Origin: Trichosphaerium sp. ATCC 40318
Lineage: Eukaryota; Protista; Tubulinea
Assembly (NCBI GenBank): GCA_038496445.1
Contig: JALMLS010000165.1
Coordinates: forward strand, 107,576-171,575
Direction: 5' to 3'
Length of the DNA stretch: 64,000 bases
The notes below the pieces were generated by a model. The model did not search any database. It was not told the DNA's origin and worked only from the letters and a program-made list of their open reading frames with translations. The position numbers and the translations under genes were made by a program. Below are positions 25,605 to 37,351 of the stretch, piece after piece. Each line of letters begins with the position of its first letter. The stretch's first letter is position 1.

Positions 25605-26640
25605 AACACTAGCCGTTGAAATTTTACCCTCCTCACCTGCACGTAGGACTCCAGTCGGTTTTAAATTAGACCTCCAGTTCACCGGTAGAAATACAACCGT
25701 CCAAAATAGTACGCACAAAGGATCTTTGCTTTATTACAACCATAATTTTATACTTTATTTACAATTCCTGTTCTTATTGTTCGACTTCGTTCAAATTCTC
25801 GCATTTTTTCGAACAAGCTCGAACAATAATTGACGCAGTCCTTTAAACCTTAAACAACTGAGAAGACTGTTTAAAACTGTTTCAAAAGCGATTTGAGAGC
25901 GCTTCAAACCACACATGAAAGTGCTTTTACTGAAAAAAAAAACCCATAAAACGTTTTCAAGTGTTTTCTAAACGAGAATAGTGGCATTTCATAGGCCAAC
26001 ACCACAACATTTGGCATCTCATTGTACAAGACCACAATACGTTAATGAAAAGCAAGAACACTCGGATTTGGAAATAACTCGTAGCACTAATGTACGTACT
26101 CGTTTTGTTTGTTTCGGGAGTTTTTTGCAATAATTCTTGTTTTTTTTGTAATCAGGTTTGTACACCCGCTAAACCAATTATCATAGAATAAATGTCATCT
26201 ACTGAAGCTTCCTATTGAGATACTGCTTGATATAGCAGATATAGACTGGGAAGTGTACCTTACAATGCCACTTTTATCAAAAAAGACGGCAATAGCAACT
26301 AGATTCAATAGTGACTTGGTGAAACATTATAAGTGGATCCAAGTAAGAATAATACGTAAATGGCCCATGCTGTTCGCACCATGGAAAGTGTCTTATGAAT
26401 TGGTCAAGCAATGTTATTATATAAATGGTACACTAGATGGAGAGTATAAGGAATGGTTCGATGATGGGAGATTGAGAATACAATGTTACTATACAAATGG
26501 TAAACTAGACGGAGAGTACAAAAAATGGTCTAAGATTGGTGAACTAAGTATGCTATGTTACTATTCAAATGGTAAAATAAGTGGAGAGTACAAAGCCAAG
26601 AATCATAAATGAGAAGGCAGAGACAATGAACATGAAATTA
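25605..26640 (+). repeat. Segmental duplication copy 2
   Basis: Colinear similarity to 11980-12231 and about 13140-14530. Confidence 0.85.
26190..26612 (+). CDS. F-box-like + 3 MORN-variant repeats (5' exon unresolved)
   Basis: KCHLLKLPIEILLDIADIDWEVYLTMPLLSKKTAIATRFNSDLVKHYKW is nearly identical to the 13420 copy. Three GEYK units follow. Confidence 0.75.
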   Translation, partial: KCHLLKLPIEILLDIADIDWEVYLTMPLLSKKTAIATRFNSDLVKHYKWIQVRIIRKWPMLFAPWKVSYELVKQCYYINGTLDGEYKEWFDDGRLRIQCYYTNGKLDGEYKKWSKIGELSMLCYYSNGKISGEYKAKNHK

Positions 26641-26838
26641 TAATAGCCATCTTGCCAGTAAGCAGCAAGTCCAACGTTTGCAGTACAGTGAACACTGAGT
26701 TTGTATATATTTGTATTAATAAATTGGGTTTTGTTGTATGCTTGTGTTTTCATTGACACATGATGCGTAGGGCTTTTTCAGGTTCTGCAATTTCGGAGGT
26801 TTTGCTTCTCATCACGAATACTAAATACAGAACAAAAA

Positions 26839-27703
26839 GATGTATTGTCCGTAGCATTCAAGTTTGCGACAGGTTTGGCAGAAGTATCAAAGTGTAAGAT
26901 CTTGCAAGAACTAACAAAACTGACAGATCTTGTAAGTTCTGCTAGTTCTTGCAAGTTCTGTCAGATTTTGTCAGTTTTGATAGTTCTTGCAAGAACTGAC
27001 AGCTTTGATAAAAACCTGCTGAACCAGTGTAATGTGAATGCATCACATTCTATAACTCATGACAATGTACCTTCCTTGCCGTCCTTATGTACGTTAAGGC
27101 AAGACGAAAAAGCACTGTGTCAAAGTCACATCATCTAACAAGACGATCTCAGTATTTCATGTAGGGCGCTCTCATTACTACTCACCCAGTAGCCATAAAA
27201 ACGAGTACGAATCAATAATTATTTACATATTAACTAACAAGCACCACGCGCGAATGCTGGCACATTCAGGCGTAAAGAGGAGTATTTAACGTGAGATAAC
27301 GTTAAAACCTCAAGTAAAATTCCAAGCGCTTCCAAAGTATCTTGCGCTGCATGTACAGTATAACATAGCGTAATAATCCGTTTTAGAGTATAGGAGACAA
27401 TCGTTGGACCTTAGAGGTCAGAGACATAAGCTAATGTACCAAATAAATAATGGTGGTTAAGAACGTGGTGTCACAATAATTTGTATGCGTTGTACCTGTC
27501 CAAGTGGATTTAGTTTGTTCCAGAACTGACAAGATCCGTCAGATCTTGTAGTTTTTAACAGATCTTGCAAGAACTAACAAGATCTTGTAAGAACTAACAG
27601 AACTTGCAAGATCTGTCAGATCTGACTAAACACGAAAACCAAAAGTCACAAACAGCAAAAAGTTGCAAAGATTAGCAAACTTGAATGATACGGACAATAC
27701 ATC
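26839..27703. mobile_element. MITE family A, copy 2 (inverted relative to copy 1)
   Basis: 29-bp TIR GATGTATTGTCCGTA(G/T)CATTCAAGTTTGC and subterminal AGATCTTGCAAGAACTAACA arrays. Internal AAGACGATCTCAGTATTT matches the reverse complement near 25335. Confidence 0.8.
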
Positions 27704-27869
27704 AACCAACAAGTAGTTTTTCAGAAGCAACAGAGTTTCACCTAAACATAGATTAAGGTGCACACGTGCTAATTGGTAAACCATATCTTCACCCATCGTT
27801 CGCTTTCGAACTATCGTCTCTCAAGTTTACCAAGATCACTGTTGGTCATCACCACGCAAAAACTCTTAC

Positions 27870-28640
27870 TAATGAATTTTAAAGCAGACAAACTAGCGGA
27901 TAAAAAAAGAAGTAACAATAAAGCCATAGGAATCCCAAAAGGTCTACCAAACTGGAATATACTTGAATCAGGATTGAGAGAACATGTAACAAATAGCTTT
28001 ACAGAATATTTTTTCGACAAACTCGAAGAGAACTCTAACAAACACTGTAGAACGAGAAAAAATATCAACTTCAAAGCCAGCGTTACAGAAAATAAACTAC
28101 ATATTGACAGAACGATATAGTCATGGCTGTTAAAAGTAAGAAGCAACGGCCTTCCACTAAATAATTTCATGCATAAAAAAGGTAAACATATAAAATTCCC
28201 AATCACGCGAGATACATGAAAATGTACCCTAGTCCTTTTTGTTCTATATGCCAATCCCGTAAGAAATTAGAAAAAGAAGAAAACTTTACCCACTTTGTCT
28301 TATGTCACTCAACATACTTCTTTGAAAGACTGCAACATCACGCAAACCGGATAACGCAAGAACATCTAAAAAACAACGTAGAAGAAAAAGTAAGTAATAA
28401 AAAGAAATACAACGATATTGTGAACCCAAAGAACTCCTTCTGTAAATGTAAATGGTTCCGAAAGGAGGAACCGTCAAACGAAAGCAAATGTGTTTTCTGA
28501 AAAGTTTGAAAATGTATATTCCATCCTTACTCCATTAAGACATTATCATGTATTTTGAGAAAACTGTTCTACAACGCACCAAAGATAAAAGATCAGCATT
28601 TTAGGTTGTACCATAAAAAGAAGCTGTTTTTCCGTCATCT
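27870..28640 (+). mobile_element. Degraded non-LTR retrotransposon C-terminus (RNase H end + zf-RVT)
   Basis: NFKADKLAD (RNase H terminal motif), WLLKVRSNGLPLN and CSICQ...EENFTHFVLC (CCHC), broken by stops and a frameshift. Confidence 0.65.
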
Positions 28641-29165
28641 TTATTTGGTATGATTAGATTAAACATTTTTTTTGCTACAGAGTTTAAAACTATTCATTTT
28701 ACAGACCAACTATGTCACCAGAGCAAAGTGCAGAGTGCTACAAGTCGACTAAGATAGTTAGTCTCATTCAGTCAACAAATCAAAAGCGACAAGCATCGTA
28801 TAGCAACAAAGCAAGGAACATTTGGTATGAATTATGCACAAACCCAATTTGTTTACTAGTACTATTTCGTTAACCTACTTTTCATTAGTTGTTGCTGGCT
28901 CTTTGATTGAACCCATATAATTCAAGTATCCTAAACCGGACAAGTTTGCTTTAGACAAACCAAAGGGATGGAGGTAGACAGTACATGTACGTACCTTTTC
29001 CTACCGTAAAAATCAAGACAGAATGGTTTTACAATGCCGTTCACTACAAAACAACAATTACTACAAAACAACAATTGGCGTAAACTTATGCATTCTACTA
29101 TGCCTTAAACTTTTTATGATCATAAGAGCATGCCTAAACGGCGCTTCAACTATCTCTACGCGTAG

Positions 29166-32100
29166 GCAATACTAGGAAAGAACCTGGTAGAATTTAAGCA
29201 ACAACCTCGCGAAAAGTGTATTTACCGCTTTACTCTCATGTAGCGGACATTTCATTACCTATTTATCATAATTTAGTGCCTGAAACTGTTATAGCAGACG
29301 ACAAAGTACAAGAAATTGAAAAGGGGCTTGGAAGTCTTTCAGTTTACGACCCTAACCATAGCATGCAACGTACGGAGAAAATTTTTTTTGGAGCTAAAAC
29401 TGTTTTATCGGTTTATTCGTTCGGCGCAAAGCGCAAGTCCAACACCGCACTAATGCCTAAAAGGTTTTTCGGCAGAACATGTAGCCAAGCTGAGTAACGA
29501 AATGGTTCGCCTTTACACGCGTGTATACACCACGTACGACGTGAAAGATGATGTGGAAGAGCTGCGGAGAAACCTTGTTGAAGCCAAAGATTCAAATGTG
29601 ATTATTCTTGACTTATTTTACGACAAATACCTCGAAGTTCTGGAAACTTTTGTTAAAAATGAGGCAGCTTTTAGTCAAATACCCGAGGAACGACCAAAAC
29701 ATTATTTTGTACCAATCTTGGGGCTTTACTTTGGATGTGGTACCTCTTTCTAAATTCTTCATTACGCGAATCTCATGTTCTGTAGGTAAGTCAACGTTTC
29801 TCTGGCATTTTCAAGGAGCAATTGCAAGCGGTCTTAAAACTCACTTGGCAGTATGGTCAGTTTAAACGTGCAAGTTTACTGACTAAAATTAGGCCAAAAA
29901 AAAAAAAGAAAAATTACCCCTAGCGAACGAGATATTAGCACTAGCTAATGAGATATTCGAAGGGGATTTTGTGTACATTGATGTGCAAGCTATGAAACCA
30001 GGTAATACAAAATTCAACCGAAGGCTAGCCAACAAAATCATGGTGGAGAAATTCTTCAAACAAATAAACAATGCGCGTGGAATACGTACGCTCAACAATA
30101 CGTAGCTCAGCAATAACGTTCTTTTGGTTTTTTCCAGATTTGAAACAATCAGAACGTATGACCTTCAAAGAGGCGTTGTTGGAATATCACAACAAAGTGG
30201 GTCACAGGCATCCGCTAGTTTTTGGTTTAGATGAGATAAGTCCGACAAATAGATTTGTGGTGGATAGTGTATGGCTTCTATAACAAGTATTCTTTATACT
30301 CACTTTGAAGTTAGTTAAAACCATTTGGTGACTTTATTGATTGGATGTGGGCAACGTTGTACAACGTTGCTGCAGAGCTTCATACCAAGCGTAGAGTGCA
30401 TTTTGTGATGGCTGGACATAACCCTATTTTCATGGATATTGGTACTAGTTCCTTTAAAGTTGTGTTTTAATGTGGCTTATTTGTTCCTAGGTGGTGTAAA
30501 AGGTGATAACATTAAAGAACCTGGTTGGAGGCGTTCTTCAGTGACAAACAGTAAACCCATTCTTTTAAACGCAAGTCTTTTTCTTTTAGTCTTAAATTAT
30601 TGCTTTTCTTGTTGACTGATTGAAATAGAATTTCACACCCGAGTTTATGGAGAAAATAGTTGATAAGGCAATGACAAAATACAAACAACCAATTGAGTTT
30701 AAAGGGGATGCAAAAAAAAACTACGCAGAAAAAATGGTTGACATTTATGCAGGTCATCCTAGATTTATACAAAACGCATTTCAGTAAGCTAAATATTTTA
30801 TTTCGTTCCCTAACACCTAAAAGAGCATTACTTGATGAAGCTGAGAATTACAATTTTACAGACAAAAAGAAGCTGATTGTTACAGTTAAGGATCTGAAAG
30901 GGTATGTGGATTACCAATGTTAGGTTGTTATACCTTTAACTAATACTTGTTAAGTATATTGGACAGAGCATATTTGAAATCTACTCAAACAGATAGTAGA
31001 AAACAAGAAATACGGAACATATTGGATCCAGCCATGTTTGATGCACTAGGATTCGATTCAGTGCTGTTAGCATTCACTAAGATTGCTATTGTTGCTCGTT
31101 ATGAACTTCCTATTGCAGCAACTGCTTCTGTGGAAGAGGCTATGGGTACAGAGTTTTCAATAAACCCAGGGGAAGATGACAGCAGCAGACATATCTATAC
31201 TCTCAGAAAAATACACTCAATAGTGCCAATGATGCTTATCCCAAAGACAGGCAAAACACAAAAAGGAGCAGGGGCCTCATTCTATTATCCAAAGCTTCCC
31301 AAGCCTGTTATAGAATATATTCATAACCGCACCAACGATGTGGAACTTAAGCGTATGATGGAACAATCAAACACTGAGGAAAAAGGTATGGATTGGTTTT
31401 GTATCGTCCCTCAACCACTCACTCAGGGGCAATTTTGGAGAAGTTGTCCATAATTGGATTTGCAAACAAAGTAGGACAACGCCTTTCAGACATTATTCAC
31501 TCTTTAAAAGGGACTAAACTTGAAGTATGTGCAATCTCTCATGTTTTATCTTATTTATTTTTATATCAATTAACAATAAATAGAATGTTATACTTCCCAA
31601 GGAGTTCGCAGCATTTCCTAAAGTAACAAAAAAAGGAACACGTGTCAACTGGACTGATGTAACAGGGGAAACAGTACATGAGCTTCTAACTATTGTAAAA
31701 ACTGATTTTACAAACGCGTGGGACCTATATAAATCTCCTTGCATGTTAAATCCTCGTGATAAATCAGGTACCCAAAACTCAAAGTTTCATTTCATGCTCA
31801 AACAAAAAAACAAATAGGTTCAATGGATTTTTATTGCAAAGGATGTATAATCAATTCCGACGATAGGGAAAGCAACGACAAAGATAATATTACGTGTAAT
31901 ATTGGATGGCAAATGAAGGTATAGTTGTGAGTTGCGACTTACTAGTGTTGTAATTCTCGTTACAGGCAGAAAAGCATGGATTGAAGTTTGGTACACTTGC
32001 TGCCGAGATACCAAAATATCACGTGAAGAAATCCGATGCAACCATTGATGTGATTATGTTTATATGCTTATTGAGGGGCCAAGAGATGATAAATTTTATT

Positions 32101-34770
32101 GGTGAGGAAACTATAATGCTTGAACGTATGTGTAAAATGATACTCTTCCATGCACTAAAATCAATATTGTAGCTGGTGAGTACAGAAAGACTGGAAAGGC
32201 GCTTTTTAACTATACAACAAATACTATTATCATTGGTGGTAAAAAGGTGCTCTCAATATTCTTGTTCTATGCTTAACTGACTTCTAGATACACCTTGATG
32301 AAACTACAGACAAAGAAGCGCCTAACACTGTGAAAGTTGGTGAAAACATATCAAAAACATTTAAAGCTCTAAAGACATTAAGAGTCAGTGATGAACACGC
32401 TGAGGAAGTGTTTAGTGCTTGTAACAAAAAACGCCAGCTAGTGCTTCATAAAAGCCCGCCTAAAGACGCAGCCACAAAAGACTCTTTTATTATAGACGAA
32501 GGGATAGATGTGTGTATCCTGAGTCTCAAAGCTATCAAAGCTTTATGTAATACAAATGACCTTCAAGTGGCAACCTATGGAAACAATGTTAACGAAGGCG
32601 ATAGTCTGTTTGGTCTTAATGAAGGCAAACTTATTATGAATGGTACATAATTCTGCTTTTTTTCTTACCCTTTGGTTTTCTTTCATTTTGTTTCTTCTTA
32701 CGTTTTGTACAATCAAGGTAACATTATGAAAGTCCTTAATCTTAAACCAAAGACAAAGACAATCACAATTTACAACCGCTACAATAAAGAACAAAAGAAG
32801 AAAGTAAAAATACAAAAAAGCGATGTTCTACCAAATTTAAGTACGACATGCTACCTATTTATGTTTTCTAAACACCATCTAGTTAAAGATAACTTCGGAG
32901 TAAAAACTATTCTCTTGGATGAGAAATCTAATCATATAGCAAGTTACAATGAGGTTAAAGATGAAGGGTCATACTATTACGATGAACACATTCAAGCTGC
33001 AGATCCAAAGACAATCCATTTAAAGTACAATGGCCAAGTAAAAGATATTGTTCTAAATCAAATGTCCACTCTCGACACCATTGGAGGTACCTCTTATTAT
33101 TAATGAAACCTCTAAATGATGATCTTATCTTACATATTCGTTTAGTTCCAAAACTATTTGAACTGCCTCTTGACATCAATCTTATATTTAAAGATGCAAA
33201 GGGTGAAAGAGTTAGGCTCTTCAAAGATGTAGAAAACGATGGCGCATACACCATTGATGGTGTTAAAACTATAAAGCTTTTATATAGAGGCGCTACAACA
33301 TCAATGGCTGTTGAACCAAATACAGACTTATACACTGAAGGTAAAACTCTTAAAAGCCATTTCTGACTAATAGGAGTTAAATACCAAACACAACTCATCG
33401 TTTAAGTAGTTGCGGCACTGTTTGGAGTAGACCCAGATAAAATAAAACTAAAATCCACTGAAGGGAAAACAGTGTTTCACTATTCGCAACTCATGGGTAA
33501 TGCTACTTACAATATTGACGACGGCACAAGAACCATCAATGTTGTGTTTAAAGGAGAAACGAAATCCATAGATATTGGACCAGATACAAAAATAGTAAAT
33601 CAACGTACAGTCTATCTTTAAACCCTTATAACAGACTATTAGTTGCCGTAGTATTTGGATTAGATTCAAATAAAATCAAAGTAAAACTCGAAAATGGGAA
33701 TGAAGTGGTCCACTATACACAATTAGTTGATAATGCCACCTGTTATGTTGTATTAACGAGAAAAGTGATCACATTTATTTATGGAGGCACATCAAAACAA
33801 CATGAGATCGGTATAAACACTGATTTGCATTTTGAAGGTACCGCAACTATTATCACTCCCAGACACTGAGTACCTTTTCTCACGTGTTTGTTTAGTTGCA
33901 AAATTATTTGGGGTCAATTCTGATTGTATTGCTATTCAGGATAAGTATGGGAACAAGCTTGAAAGTGAAGAAGTTATGAATGTTGATAAGTGCTTGGTGA
34001 AAGACACCATTAAAAATATTAAACTCATCTATAAACGCATTGTCAAACACTCAGAAAAAGAGCTTTTAACTAAATACCTAAATGTGACTACAACTACGAA
34101 ATTGTTGCCAGAAGGTACAACGTTTAACAATAATACCAAAACGCTTTAACTAACGCTTCAAACTCGGTTAGTGCAAGCCTTGTTCAGTTTAGACAACGCC
34201 CCAACAATCTCAGACTTTACTGGACAATCTATACATTTCTATTCACAAATAAGACATGGCGGTTTATACCATGTCAAAGACAATACTTCTGCTGTGAAGA
34301 AAAGAAGAGCAACCAGTGATCCAGAAGCAAGTATGAGTGTTGAGAAAAAAGCAAGAAAACTAACGCCGAGAATCTCTGACAATCAAGAGTATTCAATGAG
34401 CGATGCTTTACCTAACTCACCTCATAAATATTCCCAATATGTAACCAAGAGTTCACCAATACGTGACTATCGCCCATCACTAAAGCGTGATGAATATGAA
34501 GATCAATATCACCGCAAACGTCGTGATAGCAACAGTCGATATGACAATGACTCTACAAAAAGATATGTAGACTCACGAACAAGCTATAGAAAAGATGACT
34601 ACACACGCAAGCAACAAGAAATCAGGTACAGACAACGAGATGATAGGCAAAGAAAGGACTGGAAAACAACCAACGAGCAAAAAGAAAAAGAGGATAAACC
34701 AGCTATAGAGGACAAAGACGTAGGTAAGAACATCAACATTATATCGACACCCTCAACAGATGTACTGTAA
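29166..34770 (+). CDS. Large multi-exon Crinkler/RHS-like protein: P-loop NTPase + REase-like domain + tandem ubiquitin-like repeats (ends approximate)
   Basis: Spliced Walker A GLYFGCG|KST, Walker B PLVFGLDE, VHFVMAG and YAGHPR. PRDKS|GSMDFY...IGWQMK follows, then six ~65-aa repeats and an R/D-rich tail. Confidence 0.7.
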
Positions 34771-35568
34771 CGCAAATAAAAGAATTTTAAATCAAATTCC
34801 CTGTTTGCTGTGTACATAAGTAGTAGTGCGATTATTTTCTCCTACAGTTGTTTTAAACTGACCGTGCCAGATCCATGGTCAATTTGCGGATCATGTTTTA
34901 GTTATCTATTGCAAAGATACTCATATGCTTCAAAAGATTAACTGGTGATGCTGAGAGTATTAGGCAGTGATGGTAACAAAAATCCGTCTTTCCCAACTCA
35001 GCTCTAAGTAGCATGACAAAGTTTCAGGTTCTCAAAAATGTGGGCGTTGCTCTAACCGAACTTCAGGCTGTAGGGAACGCACGCAGTTCTGGCCAGTTTC
35101 ATTGAGGCCATGTTTACCCAAGTTTAATAATACGAGTGTTCTTAGAGTTTCATGTGACCATAACTGACCATGAAAAGGAACGCAAGTTCAACTCGATAAT
35201 TGTGTTTTTTTTTCGTCCGTAAGTTTTTTTTGAATTCGCTAATAATGTAGAACGGGTGTATGTTTGTATTAATACATAAGCTTACTGGCTTTAAAACGGC
35301 TTTTAGATATCTGATAATTAGGTTACGGAACAGCCGTACAATCTCGTGAATAATCTCATAAACATCTCATGAAGGTTGAGAATGAACTCAAGGATCCCAT
35401 ATTGACATTTAACGCTAACAACATTTTTTTCTAGGTCAAAGTTGGTAAAGAAATTCGCTAATACCGAAAGTTCTGAAATTTCAGTACACAAGAAACTTAA
35501 CTAAACAGATTTTTAACTGGTACAACAAGCTAACTACAACATCTCCTACAGTTCTTGGTTGATTATAA

Positions 35569-36711
35569 ATGGCGGAAGAACAAGCAGACAATAACTATAA
35601 CGCACTAGACCTACTGGCACTTCCAGTTGAAATAATAGTTCATATTCTCAAGTTTGGGACGTTTATGCTTCGCTCAGCCCAAACATGCCACCGATTGAGA
35701 GAAATTGTTCATAAGTATATTGGATACAAAAACATTATGGTATTTTCGATAAATGACATGAAAATGCTATCTGGTAGTCCTTTATTGAAAAATACAGCTA
35801 TTTCTTTTGGGTTTATGTGTGATGCTAGTAACTTGCAATTACTTGCAGGTGTACAGAAGATAACCTTTAATAAGCATATGAGTATAACATCTGAGGGTAT
35901 TAAAGCATTGGCAGGTGTACATCACATTGATCTATCACGTACAAATGTGACAGATGAAGGGTTGAAGGTGTTGGCAGGAGTATATACTATCAAGCTATCT
36001 TATTGCCAATCAATAACAGATGAAGGTATTAAGGCATTAGCAGGCGTACCCGAAATTTATTTATCACATACAAATGTAACAGATGAAGGGTTGAAGGCAC
36101 TGGCAGGTGTACATAAAATTGCTTTATCACGTACAAATGTAACGGATGAAGGTCTAAAAGCATTGGCGGGAGTACATACTATTAGGCTATTTTATTGCCA
36201 ATCAATAACAGATGAAGGCATCAAAGCATTAGCAGGCGTACATAAAATTAATTTATCACATACAAATGTAACAGATGAAGGGCTGAAGGTGTTGGCAGGA
36301 GTACATACTATCAAGATAATTTATTGCCAATCAATAACAGACGAGGGCATCAAGGCATTAGCAGGTGTACATCACATTGATCTATCACATACACATGTAG
36401 CAGATGAAGGTCTAAAAGCATTGGCGGGAGTACATACTATCAAGCTATCTTATTGCCGATCAATAACAGATGAAGGCATCAAGGCATTGGCAGGTGTACA
36501 TAAAATTGCTTTATCACATACAAAAGCAACAGATGAAGGGTTGAAGGCATTAGCAGGTGTTTATGCTATTAATGTAGCAGAAGTAAGTATAACAGATGAA
36601 GGACTGAAGGCGCTTGCAGGTGTACACACCCTCACAGTTTGTGATGAAAGACCCGAAGAGGAAATCAAGGCTTTGACTGGTGCACAGAGGATAAAATATG
36701 ATGGATGGTAA
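35569..36711 (+). CDS. F-box + LRR protein (about 14 repeats of 21-22 aa)
   Basis: LLALPVEIIVHIL F-box and (I/V)TDEG(I/L)KALAGVxxIxLSx repeats. Intronless, with AATAAA at 36794. Confidence 0.9.
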   Translation: MAEEQADNNYNALDLLALPVEIIVHILKFGTFMLRSAQTCHRLREIVHKYIGYKNIMVFSINDMKMLSGSPLLKNTAISFGFMCDASNLQLLAGVQKITFNKHMSITSEGIKALAGVHHIDLSRTNVTDEGLKVLAGVYTIKLSYCQSITDEGIKALAGVPEIYLSHTNVTDEGLKALAGVHKIALSRTNVTDEGLKALAGVHTIRLFYCQSITDEGIKALAGVHKINLSHTNVTDEGLKVLAGVHTIKIIYCQSITDEGIKALAGVHHIDLSHTHVADEGLKALAGVHTIKLSYCRSITDEGIKALAGVHKIALSHTKATDEGLKALAGVYAINVAEVSITDEGLKALAGVHTLTVCDERPEEEIKALTGAQRIKYDGW

Positions 36712-36899
36712 CCAACTTGCTAATTTAACGAAATGTTATTTGAGACAAATTGCTTAGCAAAGAATGCTGTATTGCTTATTTTGTTGTATAACTAATAAAC
36801 TATCTGAGATTATCACGTGACCAAGTTGCCTTTTGCTTGTTGTCAAGTACCAGACAAAGATGTGAACAGTCTTGCTAATAACTTCATCCAATTTCTGCG

Positions 36900-37055
36900 C
36901 CGTTAGATTCACTTGTTCTTGTTAGTCCAACACTACCAGATTGGAGGAGAGACTCCGTCTCGCTCGGCTGCGACCCTACCTGGATCAACGTAGCCAGAGA
37001 CCCATCCCATTTATTGGATTAATCTCTTGTACAAATCAATAAATTACATTACATT
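36900..37055 (+). mobile_element. Probable LINE 3'-end remnant
   Basis: Translates to PDWRRDSVSLGCDPTWINVARDPSHLLD*, resembling RTE-type ORF C-termini, followed by AATAAA. A second copy lies at 16790-16905. Confidence 0.45.
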
Positions 37056-37196
37056 AAACAACTTTTTCTATCGTCATTGCATAAGATGAATCAATACAAG
37101 TTCTAGACTAGGATTATAAGAAAAAATTCGCTTATAGACATGTCAAACGCTGTGTAGGGCGTTATAAGAGATAACTAGCCAAGATGGATTATGCTC

Positions 37197-37310
37197 TTAT
37201 GACGGTACAAACAATATTTTACCGGCGTTTGATAAGCGGGGTAGTTTGTTACTTAAGGTAGTTTCCAGTGTAGCAACTTCGGTGAGTAGCAGTTCAATCA
37301 ATGAGCAAAA
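37197..37310 (+). repeat. Dispersed repeat, copy of 16621-16740
   Basis: Shared GGCGTTTGATAAGCG core and flanks. Confidence 0.7.
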
Positions 37311-37351
37311 AGTGTTATTCCAGATATTTTTATTTACTCTTTTTTTTGTGT

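Noticed and set aside
28700-29160. 5' exons of the NTPase gene
   Set aside because: The candidate exon near 28890-28985 has stops in all three frames, so the start could not be resolved.
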